Source of the DNA: Chiloscyllium plagiosum
Lineage: Eukaryota
Assembly: GCF_004010195.1 (NCBI RefSeq)
Contig: NC_057754.1
Span: 13,236,224-13,300,223, forward strand
Direction: 5' to 3'
DNA: 64,000 nucleotides
Shown here: piece after piece, positions 38,256-49,878 of the stretch
Layout: every line of letters starts with the position of its first letter
How positions within the stretch are numbered: position 1 is the first letter of the stretch
Notes under the pieces: model-generated
The model's input: only the letters and a program-made list of their open reading frames with translations
Database searches by the model: none
Told to the model about the DNA's origin: nothing
Translations under genes and position numbers: made by a program

Positions 38256-38560
38256 AGATTAGATTAGATTAGATTAGATTACTTACAGTGTGGAAACAGG
38301 CCCTTCGGCCAACAAGTCCACACCGCCCCGCCGAAACACAACCCACCCATACCCCTACATGTACCCCTTACCTAACACTACGGGCAATTTAGCATGGCCA
38401 ATTCACCTGACCTGCACATCTTTGGACTGTGGGAGGAAACCGGAGCACCCGGAGAGAACGTGCAAACTCCACACAGTCGGTCGCCTGAGGCGGGAATTGA
38501 ACCCGGGTCTCTGGCGCTGTGAGGCAGCAGTGCTAACCACTGTGCCACCGTGCCGCCCAC
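38256..38560 (-). mobile_element. Young HE1-type V-SINE with intact 5' end
   Basis: A box TGGCACAGTGG, B box GGTTCAATTCC, (AATCT)5 tail; ~20-bp internal deletion relative to 14861-15155; absent at ~21266. Confidence 0.95.
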
Positions 38561-40397
38561 AAACTTCACAACCATTAGAAAATACAAGTCTGTGCACTTG
38601 AAATGCCATAAGACTCACGGCTATGGGTCTTGTTTTGGAAAGCGGGACGAATGTAGACCGTGCTGTATTGTTGATGGTACAAAGTCTGTGTTTCTGTGTT
38701 TGTATGGCTGTGGAAGGTCAATCATTGAGCAGCTGAAGATAGGAATTAATGGGTTTCTGAAGAGTATATTAACAAGGGATTTAAGATTGAACTTGTAATA
38801 TCTTCTGAAAATATGTCAATGGCAAAATTAAGGGGAAAAAAGGTGCAGCTTTCTTACAGTCTGATACCAGAGAATTGAGGACAGGGAAAAAGGCAGAACT
38901 ATGGAGCAAATACTTTAGTTATGTCTTCACAGAAGAAAACAAAACAAAAAAGAAAACTTCCCAACAATACTAGTGAACATTAGTCTGTTGAGAAAAAGGG
39001 AATAGAATGAAATTTTCAACCAAACAGTTTTAGAGGAAGTATTGGAACTGAAAGTAATGGGCACAGACATTTTCAACAGAGATTGATCAAATGGGAATCA
39101 TATTTGAGAAAGTGACGTTTAGCATAATTATGGAGAAGCAATCAATGCAAAATGAATGCATTTTCAGAAAGGTTTTTGACAAAGCACCAAGACTATTATG
39201 CAAATTCAAATCCTCTGGGACTGGGACTAATATGGTTTTAGAACGGGACAGCTGGTTGGAAGCAGTGAGTAGGAATAAAACAATAAGTTTTTTTTGAAAG
39301 GAATGCTTGGAGGATATAGCAAGGATCGGGGTTTGGGCTCCACCTATTCCCAATACACATCATACATTTGATTGAGTGGATCAAATTCAATATTTCCAAG
39401 TTTGCTGAAATATCGGATTGTGAGTGGGTGAGCAGGATGTCAAAAGCTCCAAGGTGATTGAGACAAGTGGAGTATCTGGGAAAATACGTGGCAGATGGAG
39501 AGCAATGGGGAGGGGAGGAGTGGGATATGTGATATTGTGACCTTTGATGGGAAAAACAGAACGGGAGCCTATCATTTGAAAAGGGATTTTTTTGAAAAAT
39601 GTTGATCTATAAATGAACTTAAGCTGCATTTTTGTTTCCTTCTGTGCAGCCCTCCGAGTTCAGTGCAGTGCATTCAGATCTGAATCCAAAAGTCAATACT
39701 GGGAATGGCATTGGGACACTGACCAGTGTACACAAACCCAAGAAGTGGGGAGCTGTAACATTGAAAAGGATCTGGATCTCCCTGTGCACCAGTCCTGAAA
39801 GCAATTTTGCAGGAGCAGAAAACAGAAAAGCCGATAAATCGTGTATTCACCTTCATTTCAGGGGGATTTGAATCCAGGAGTAAGGGTGTTTTACTGCAGC
39901 TGAGCAGGGCCTTGGTGAGACCTCATCTCGAACATTGTGCAGTATTTTGTGCAGTTTTGATCTCCTTACCTAATAAAGGAGAAACCTGACATTGAGGGAT
40001 AGCAGTAAATGATAACCAGACTGATCTCTGGGATGACGGGCTTGTTGTGGGAGCAGAGTTTGGGGCGGCTATGCCTGTATTCCATGGGTTTTAGGAAAAT
40101 GAGTGGAGATCTCAGTGAAATATATAAAACTCTGCTAGGGCAGGACAGATTGGAAGCAGGGGTGACAATTCCCCTGGCTGGGAATCAAAACAAGGGGCCA
40201 CAGTATTAGGTACAGACAGGCCACTCTGAATTGAGATGAGAATAAATGTCTGCACTCAGAGACTGGTGAGCCTAGGGTATTTTCTCCCATATCAGGCTGT
40301 GGAAACCAAGGCACTGAATATAAATAAGGATTTCTGGAAACTAAAGGGATAGGGAGAGGCAGGGTATGGTATAAAGATAGAGGATCAGATATCATTA

Positions 40398-40671
40398 CTG
40401 AATGTTCTCCAATAACGTGATAGCTGTCTTCCTGTGCAACACTGTGTTGCAGAAAATCATGCAATATTAATGATGTGCTCTATGGGGAAAAGAGGATAAT
40501 GGGCGAACCGCAAAATATCAGTAAAAAACAAAAAATAAAGTTAGTCTAACACACACTAGCACAGTCTAATTAAATATTTAAATTCACTTTATAGAAAAAA
40601 GGTGCACAATTCACGAATCGCATTGCAGTCAAATCACGTTTGATAAACACGCGTTATCAGAGAACTGCCTG
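40398..40671. mobile_element. Internally deleted paralog of the Tigger-like element
   Basis: TA on both sides; right end cgcgttatcagagaactgcctg|ta. Confidence 0.7.
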
Positions 40672-41181
40672 TATATTGAATCGAGGAGCAAGATTGATGG
40701 ACTGAAGGGACTACAACAGTTCTTATTTTATATTTCACAGTGTTTAAACATATTAATGGATATGAACACTGTGTCGGGAAAACTGCATTGAGGAGATTTT
40801 CTCTATGAACTAGAATGGGGAAGTCTCAATGTGTTGAATGGCCTACTCCTTTCGCGATGTTTCTGTGCAGTCTGTGGGAAAGCTCTGTAAATGTTGTCAC
40901 AAGCTGTCAGATGTTAGGAAGGAGGTCTCTGCAGGATCAACAGGACTGTGATTCCCATTCCCTTTTCTGATATCGTGGCTGGTGCCGGGTATTCTGTCTG
41001 TTTTTTTCCTTGAAGATCTTGGAGCAGTGTGATACAATTGAGTGTCTTCCTTGGCCGGTTCAGGGATCATTGAAGAGTTTATCACATGTCTGTGTGTCTG
41101 GAGTCACTTTTAGGCCAGACCAGGAAAGCACGGGAGATTCACTTACTGAAAGTACGTTGGGGAAGGAGATTGAAGTTTACA

Positions 41182-41892
41182 NNNNNNNNNNNNNNNNNNN
41201 NNNNNNNNNNNNNNNNNNNNNNNNNNNNNNNNNNNNNNNNNNNNNNNNNNNNNNNNNNNNNNNNNNNNNNNNNNNNNNNNNNNNNNNNNNNNNNNNNNNN
41301 NNNNNNNNNNNNNNNNNNNNNNNNNNNNNNNNNNNNNNNNNNNNNNNNNNNNNNNNNNNNNNNNNNNNNNNNNNNNNNNNNNNNNNNNNNNNNNNNNNNN
41401 NNNNNNNNNNNNNNNNNNNNNNNNNNNNNNNNNNNNNNNNNNNNNNNNNNNNNNNNNNNNNNNNNNNNNNNNNNNNNNNNNNNNNNNNNNNNNNNNNNNN
41501 NNNNNNNNNNNNNNNNNNNNNNNNNNNNNNNNNNNNNNNNNNNNNNNNNNNNNNNNNNNNNNNNNNNNNNNNNNNNNNNNNNNNNNNNNNNNNNNNNNNN
41601 NNNNNNNNNNNNNNNNNNNNNNNNNNNNNNNNNNNNNNNNNNNNNNNNNNNNNNNNNNNNNNNNNNNNNNNNNNNNNNNNNNNNNNNNNNNNNNNNNNNN
41701 NNNNNNNNNNNNNNNNNNNNNNNNNNNNNNNNNNNNNNNNNNNNNNNNNNNNNNNNNNNNNNNNNNNNNNNNNNNNNNNNNNNNNNNNNNNNNNNNNNNN
41801 NNNNNNNNNNNNNNNNNNNNNNNNNNNNNNNNNNNNNNNNNNNNNNNNNNNNNNNNNNNNNNNNNNNNNNNNNNNNNNNNNNNNNNNNNNNN
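41182..41892. other. Assembly gap, 711 N
   Basis: N run. Confidence 1.
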
Positions 41893-43289
41893 AGATCTTG
41901 ATATTTTATTAATTGTTTTTAACTTCCACCAGCTACCAGAGCATTATCCTGTATTGGATTAGTAATCCAGTGACATTTCCACAACAGCACCACAGCACCA
42001 TCTCCACATAGAAACCTACCGGAAACCACACTGAGCGGGTTATTTCTGGACTGCTTGAGAGCTCTGTCAAAAAGAACTCCCACCAATTTGATTATCGTGA
42101 AGGGACTGAGGCGGTGTTAAATGGTCAGAATGTAATTATTCACCTATTAGGGGACTGGACATTGTTGAGTAATTTTCCACATTGCCGGAGAGTTGTCAGA
42201 GTTGGAGCTGGAATGAAACAGCTTCCAGGGACACGGCTTGTTGTGCAGCATAAGACTTCAGTCCTATTGCAGGAATGGTGTCAGGGTCCATTGTCTTTGT
42301 CGTATCTACTGTGTTCAGCGGTTTCTTCATGTCACATGCAGCGAATTGGTTGAACACTGCCATCTGTGATTCTGTGGATATCATGGCGAGGGTGAGGTGG
42401 ATCATCCATTCTACACCTCTGGCTGAGGATGGTGCAGATGCTACATCCTTGTCTTTTACACTGATGTACAGGGCTGTTCCGTTATTTAGGATGGGGATAT
42501 TTCTGGTGGCCTCTCCTCCAGTAAGACATTTAATAGTACACCGACATTTATGTCTGGATGTAACAGGACTGCAGAGCTTAGATCTGATCTGTTGGTCTTT
42601 GGATCATTTCGTCCTCTCTTTCAGATGTTAGTTCTGCTGTTTGGAATGAATCCACTCAAGCGCCGTAGCTGTAACGGTTTGTCATCAGCTTTAGGTACTC
42701 ATGGTTCTGACCTTGGCATGTTCACCCACACTCCTCACTGAGCCATCACTCGGCTTGATGGTAATGGTAGACTGATGGAATATCCTGGAGAAAATGTTAC
42801 AGATTATGTTTGAATACAATCCTGCTTCTGTTGCTGCTGTTGTCTACAACATCACGTGAAAGCCCAGTTTGAGCTGCAATATCTGCAATTCAATTCTCCT
42901 GACTGTCCCCAGTTCACATCGGGACCCAGTCACCGATCATCCGTGTACTCAGTGACCTCACCTGGTTTCTGATGCCGTGATACGTCCATTTTCATATTCT
43001 CATTCTGCTGAGGGCTCCCCTTGGTGTCATGCTTCCAATTTGTTACGTTACTCAAACCCTTTAACATATTAATCTGAATCTTTTCCTTGCTCGTCGTGCC
43101 ATCTGCGATTGAATTGAATGTGTTTCCCTCTCGTTTTCTCCCTGACCATGATTAAGAACTCTGTAGTGTCAGTGATGCCAGCCTTTTGCAGTTTCTGAGC
43201 GAATGAATGTGTGCACTTCAGTTCCCAGTGTAGGACGTTCCGTATTGGACAGGGCATTTGAGCAGCTTTCAAATACGTCATTGGAACTT

Positions 43290-43800
43290 GTTCAAAAACA
43301 GAAATTGCTGAAGAAATAAAGCAGTTCTGGCGGCATCTTCTGTAGTGAATGTCGAGCTAATCCTTCGAGTCCAGTGGCCCCCTACAAAGCCCGCAGTTTC
43401 TTCAGCAATTTTTGTATTTATTTAGTATTTATTTCCAGTATCCATAGTTATTTGTTTCATTGAAAATTTGTACTGTGCTTATTCGTTTCTGAAGAGCCTC
43501 AGCAGGTCTGGCAGAATCTGCAGAGACAGAGAAACAGAGTTAGCGTAACAAGTCAAATGTGACTTGTTCTGAACTGAAACGGGTTGGACACTGGGCTTTT
43601 TAATCCCTTGCCGGAGATGGGGGATGGGTGACTTGGAAAAGAGGGTGTGGCAAAAGATAAACGGGCTATTGGCACTTGTGAACGAGAAGATGATGCAAAA
43701 TGGGTTTAAATTAAGGTGTGAATGGGGGAAAGGGGTTCTCTCTAACTGAGTCAAAAGATAAAGAAGACACAACCACACAGGGCCATAGGGAGAACAGGAG
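43290..43800 (-). mobile_element. Decayed Penelope terminal-repeat fragments
   Basis: cagaaattgctg...gcagttctggcggcatc and cagcaggtctggcagaatctg match 60098-60200. Confidence 0.6.
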
Positions 43801-46092
43801 AGAGAATGTTGACAATGTGGTATTTTATAGATCTAGATCTATTCGTTTTCACAGGAGACATCATCACTGCCTTCACATTATGGGATTCAGGTGCTTGATC
43901 TTTTATTGGCACTTGTAAGAGTTTCATGCTGCCTTAGTTTTGTAACATATTGCAAAACTAACAGTATGAAGTTTGGGCTGTTTTCTACACCTGTCATTTT
44001 TAATATTCTTTAAAACTTGCAGTGCTTATCGTTAAACGTTTGATCTTGAAGTTAGTATCAGATGGAGTGTACGAGGTTGAGGGGTGGCATTCTAGAAGTT
44101 TATAATATCATAGGAGGCATGGATAGAGTGAATAGCGAAGGTCGTTTCTGCAGGATCGAGGAGTTCAAACACAGATGCATCGCTTTAAGGTGAAAGGGGG
44201 AAAACTTGAAACGGACGAAGGGGCAACATGTTTTGCACAGAGTGTGATGTATGTATGAAATGAGCTGCCAGAGGAACAGTGGGAGATGCAAGTACAGGTA
44301 CAATATTTCAAAGACCAACATACGAATGGGAAACGTTTAGAGGCATATGGGCCAAGTGCAAGCAGATAGGATTAGTTTAAAACCTGGAAAACCTGGTCAG
44401 CATGGACAAGTTGGACCAAAGGGTTTGTTTGTGCACGATATGACTGTATGAATGTAGAAATTGAGGAAGATGTACGAAAAGACATGATGTAATCCCTGAG
44501 AAAGTGACAAGCAGATTTGATAAAGGGAACTGGTCAACATGAGGCTTTCCAGAAAGTTTTCACAAGGTATCACAAAATAAACGTGATAGAGTCTTGTAGT
44601 ATGATGAATAATATATTTGCATGGGATAATGGTTGCTTAACACAGAGAAGTCGGAGAGTCAGGATTAATGGATCTTTATGATAAAGGTGTATCGACTGGA
44701 TTACCACAAATGTCAGGCCGATGGCATCAGTTATTTACAATTTATACTGATAGTCTGATGGCAGGAGCTGAGTGCAATATACATCGGATTTGTGGATGAC
44801 TTTGAGAACCAAAATGCAGACTGCTATTTAATGAAGAGGACTCCCAAAAAAGGAGTAGTACAAAGGGATTGGAGTGTTCCTAACTATGAAACGTAACGTC
44901 AGCATGCTGATGCACCAAGTAACTAGGGTGGTTCATGAGGCGGCTTCCTGGGATGGAAGGGTAAAATTATTGAATACATTTAAAATGGTGAGGAGATTAT
45001 TCATTGTGGTTGAAATGAATGAGGGTGATATTACTGAAATGTACAAGATACAGAGGGGGCTTGACAAGGTAAATGCTGAGAAGGTGTTTTCCCTGAGTCT
45101 CGAACTCGAGGTGGTAGATACCGAATAAGGAACATCGATTTCAATCTGAGGTGAAAAATGATGCATTCTCTCAGAAGGTAGTGAATGTCTGGAATTCCCT
45201 AACCCAGAGAGTTGTGGAGAGATGTAGGAAATTGGGTAGGAAAGTGGAGTTGAGCCTGGAAGTATATCAGCCATGATCTTATTGAATAAAATTTCAGTCT
45301 TGAGGGGCCGAATAGCCGTCTCATGTTCCTATTTCTTCGTTTTTTATGTCTTGCTTTTGGAAAGTAATTGGTTATTTTCCTGGAAGTCGTGTTGTACAAT
45401 GTTGCATTCGGGAGAGGAGAAACTTTGCCTGAGTTAACCCTTGATGGGATATGGGAGCTGCATTCAAAGCAATTCCAGAGCAGAAGTTAGAGAGTGGGGA
45501 AGCATGGAAAAATGGATAGCGGATGGGGGTCACTTGCTGACCGAGCCTGGAATTTCCAAGTGCATTTCCGAAACTACACCTAACCATCGCCGTGGCTTCG
45601 ATCTGCCTTTTTGTAGCAGGTCCAAAGGGCTGAATGGAACATCAGAACATAGGGCTGAGGGACACGAGTGGGCTAAACGGCCCTTTGACACTACCCCACC
45701 AGTAAATAAGGTCATGGCTCATCTCATTGTGGCCCCAGCTGCACTTTTCTCTCCATGCACCATTATCCCTGATTCACCTGTCTGTGGAAAATCAGACAAA
45801 GCCAGCCTCTATATAATATAAAGATTCAGCCATCCCAAATTTCTGGGGAAGGGAATTCCCACTTGAGTGAAATCCGGCTTTGTGACTTTTGGAACACTTC
45901 CCGGCAGACCATTCGAGGCAGAGATATTGAATATTTTTGAGGCAAGTTTCACGAATAACAGATGAGTCAAGGATTATCGAGGAGTGGGCAGCAATGTGCA
46001 GTGTTGGGGAAACTGTAGACAGTGGTACTGAATGACACGGCTCCAGAATATCCAGAAATTAAACAAAATGATAACATCGATAAAGTTTTAAA

Positions 46093-49000
46093 GGGGAAAC
46101 AAGATGGCAACGATCTGAAAGGTCAGCTTTGCTGATCTCTGCATCACAGTAATGTTCTATCCCACCCCACCACAGTCATTTACTTACAATTGAACACTAA
46201 AAGAGCGATAGAATCCTTACTAATGCCATTTTGTCAAGTGGAAATGACAAAACATGGGAAAGGATTGAGTAAGTCCCAACACGCAGCGCACCCGTCAGAA
46301 GCTGTCAGCATGCCTGGGGCCGCACATGTAACACCCTCTTCTCGTTCAATGGACCGAGTTACTCACCAGGCCTTGGGCACCGAGTTCACCAAGTTATGGA
46401 AATGATTGAAACCATGATTGAAGAAAAAATCAGCAGGAAGATAGAACCACTCTCAGCAGTGCTCCAAAAACATGAACAACAACTTGAAAGCCTTGGAAAC
46501 AGAACGGATGAGGTCGAGAGCCAAACTGCAGGGGCAGAGACTGTGACCGATTCCTGTAAGGAGCGGATCCTCACCCTTGAAAAATAGGTCCGTACCTTAA
46601 CTGAACAAGGTGACGACCTCGAGAACAGGGGCAGGATGAAGAATGTTCCTATCATTGGTCTGCTGGACCGGACATAAGGTGATCAGTCAGTGAGTATTTT
46701 TGCGAGAACTGGCTGCAGAGATTCCTTCACTTTGAAGCTGAAGAGTGAAGAGTGAGACAGTTCATCGGGTTACGGTGCGCAGGTCAAGCTCAGACCAACG
46801 CCCTCACCCTGTCCTTGTGCGATTACATTGTTGCAGGGACAAACAAAGACTTAGGGAAGCTTCCAGAACACAGGGAAGAGACCCGAAGAGGGCTCCATGA
46901 TTATGTTCTTCCAGGTCTTTTCAGCGGCAGTGATTCAGAAAAGAAAATCTTTTGATGATATCAAGAGAAGATTAAGGGAACTTGGGATTCAGCATTACTT
47001 AATGAACTCAGCGGTGCTCCGTATGCACTAGTGGAGCTTTCAATAGATCCACTGACTCTCCAGAGGATGTGAAAACATTGTGGACACTTTAAAGTAGGCT
47101 GGATGCGTTAATGGAAAGCGATAAACTTGTTTCTCATTTTTAAAAGAAAGTTTGTTGAACCTTTCTGGTATTAAGCAGTGTTAAATTATAGTCGGGAATG
47201 GGTAGAGTACATACTTTTAACTTCTTCATTAGTATCACTACTCGTTTTTCTCCTGCTTAGTTTGTGTTTCGGGTTCGGCTCAAGCTGGAGGGAGTTACGA
47301 AGGTGATCGTGATGACTGAATGCCTACCTAAGGACAGTTCAGGCCCGATGTTTGTGATTAATTGTCCTGGATGCAGTATTGATAATGGGGCAGAAGACAG
47401 AGATTTGTGACGTGCAAATGCCCACAGTCGACGGGGGTAAATGCCCCTCCTGAGTGCCATTGGCACTTTGTATCTTTTTTTTGTTTTTGTATGGATTTAG
47501 TTTTGGAACGTTTTGAGAGCTTGTTAGTTGTAGTAGCTTTAGTTTGCATGTTTTTTAAGCTCTACGATTCTTTTTTCATTGGTGCTCAGCGATTTGTAAT
47601 TCGAGTTCTTCCTCTCTGGATTTCAAATATTGTTTCAGTGAGTAATGGCTAATGTCGTGCTTAAATGGTGTATCTGGAACATTAAGGGGAGCCATTCGCC
47701 AGTTAAGAAAAAGGAGAGGGTGGATATTGTCGTATTGTAGAGATGCACTTTGATGACAAGGAACATTTGACATTAAAGCAAGGTGGGTTTGATCGGGTTC
47801 ATTTCTCGTCTTTTAACACTAGGTATAGGAGAGAAACCATACTGGTGAGGAAGAAACTTTCATTTAAATTAGTAGATTGTATTAGACACCCACGGGAGGA
47901 TAATAACCCTTAAAGATATATGGGGAAGAAAGCAGTAGTTTGAATGTTCATTGCCCCCAGCTCACTGCCTTAAATTCCTTATAGATGCATTTTCCAAATT
48001 AAGTAATCTTTATTCGTAGCACTTTATTGTAGGAGGAGATTTCAATTGTCTTTTGCACTCACGGTGGACAGCATGCTCAAAGGCTCCCAGCACCATCTTT
48101 CCAATCTAAGCAATTCGTGGATTTTTGTGTGGAACTGGGGCTGGTGGATGTATGGAGGCAGATCTACCTCATAAATAGGGATTTTACTTTCTTCTTTAAC
48201 CCGCAGAAATACAACACTAGTGTTGATCTCTTCCTCACCTTGCAGCAATCTTCGATTCAGTGGTTTCTGTACAATTAGGAATATTACCAATTCTGACCAT
48301 GCAGCAGCATACTTACTGGTTAAGATTAAGGGCAATATAGCAGGTTCGAAACAGTGGCGAATCCCTTTATTCTTAAGGATAGTAAGTACATTGAGTATTT
48401 CTGTAATGAATTCAGATCTTTCTTAGCCATTAATTCAGATTCAACCAGTAACACATCCATTCTGTGGAAAATTGCTGAGGCTTATGCCAAAGGAATAATT
48501 CCTTAGGATGCGGCAGAAGCTGGAGCAGGAACACTTGTTCCAGACATGGTTGAAGGCAGCCGAGAGGGCATACTGTGGTAGACCCTCGGTGGCTAGGCTG
48601 CAGGTGAATTCCATGCTCACACAGACAGCCAAGGAGGAACGTACTTTTGTACTTTTGCAAAACAAAGGATGTATGAGCATGGTGATAAACCGGGCAAGTA
48701 TTTAGCCTATCTTGCAATGGAAAAGAGACCCCAAAGCCATTACCTCAATTAGGGAAGGTACTGGGACCCTTTCCTGCGATCCCATAAAGATTAAAGCAGC
48801 ATTTCGGAGATTTTACTCTGAATTATATCAGACTGAGCATTATGAGGATAGATGGATTAAGATGGAATATTTCTTCAAGAACTTGGACCTTCCAGAGGTA
48901 ACCCCCAAATAAGTGTCTTGCCTTAATGCACCATTGCCAGTGCTGGAGGGTGTAAAACAGCTTCCAGGCGGAAAGGCGCCCGGTCCTGACGGATGTCCAC

Positions 49001-49378
49001 GTGAGTTTTATGAGGAATTTATAAACCTGTTGTCAGAGCCGATGCTTACTATGTTCGTCACTCACACAGTCACGACTGCGTCCCACCATCCTTAAAAGAG
49101 GCTCATATCTCTCTTATTTTTAAGAAAAGGAAGACACCAAAAGATTGTGCTTCCTATGGGTCCATCTCACTTCTCAATGTTGATTTCAAAATTCTGTCTG
49201 AGTCCCTTACACTAAGGATGGAAACTATTTATCCTTCCATTGTCGAAGTATAACAAACCGGCTTCTAAAAGGCTGCAGATATTCCAACAATGTTTGGAGA
49301 TTACTCAATATGATCCAAGCATGCCAACAGCAAATTATACAGGTATTAATGATCTCTTTAGATGCAGAGAAGGCATTT
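46093..49378 (+). mobile_element. L1/Tx1-type LINE, decayed (copy 2), cut by a gap
   Basis: ORF1 DDLENRGRMKNV.IIGL; ORF2 from ATG 47645 (MANVVLKWCIWNIKG), SDHAAA, GKAPGPDG, ISLDAEKAF. Confidence 0.93.
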
Positions 49379-49878
49379 NNNNNNNNNNNNNNNNNNNNNN
49401 NNNNNNNNNNNNNNNNNNNNNNNNNNNNNNNNNNNNNNNNNNNNNNNNNNNNNNNNNNNNNNNNNNNNNNNNNNNNNNNNNNNNNNNNNNNNNNNNNNNN
49501 NNNNNNNNNNNNNNNNNNNNNNNNNNNNNNNNNNNNNNNNNNNNNNNNNNNNNNNNNNNNNNNNNNNNNNNNNNNNNNNNNNNNNNNNNNNNNNNNNNNN
49601 NNNNNNNNNNNNNNNNNNNNNNNNNNNNNNNNNNNNNNNNNNNNNNNNNNNNNNNNNNNNNNNNNNNNNNNNNNNNNNNNNNNNNNNNNNNNNNNNNNNN
49701 NNNNNNNNNNNNNNNNNNNNNNNNNNNNNNNNNNNNNNNNNNNNNNNNNNNNNNNNNNNNNNNNNNNNNNNNNNNNNNNNNNNNNNNNNNNNNNNNNNNN
49801 NNNNNNNNNNNNNNNNNNNNNNNNNNNNNNNNNNNNNNNNNNNNNNNNNNNNNNNNNNNNNNNNNNNNNNNNNNNNNN
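49379..49878. other. Assembly gap, exactly 500 N
   Basis: N run. Confidence 1.

Larger units (their letters stand above)
32425..49378 (+). repeat. Segmental duplication unit, copy 2
   Basis: Collinear with 14298-30965, with copy-specific indels. Confidence 0.95.

Noticed and set aside
38490..38560. tRNA gene
   Set aside because: tRNA-derived SINE head continuous with the V domain and LINE tail
45441..45821. 126-aa ORF shared with 50838-51215 as a conserved gene
   Set aside because: The copies are recent duplicates, the ORF runs into an antisense LINE-tail-like segment, and the frame is not continuous in copy 1
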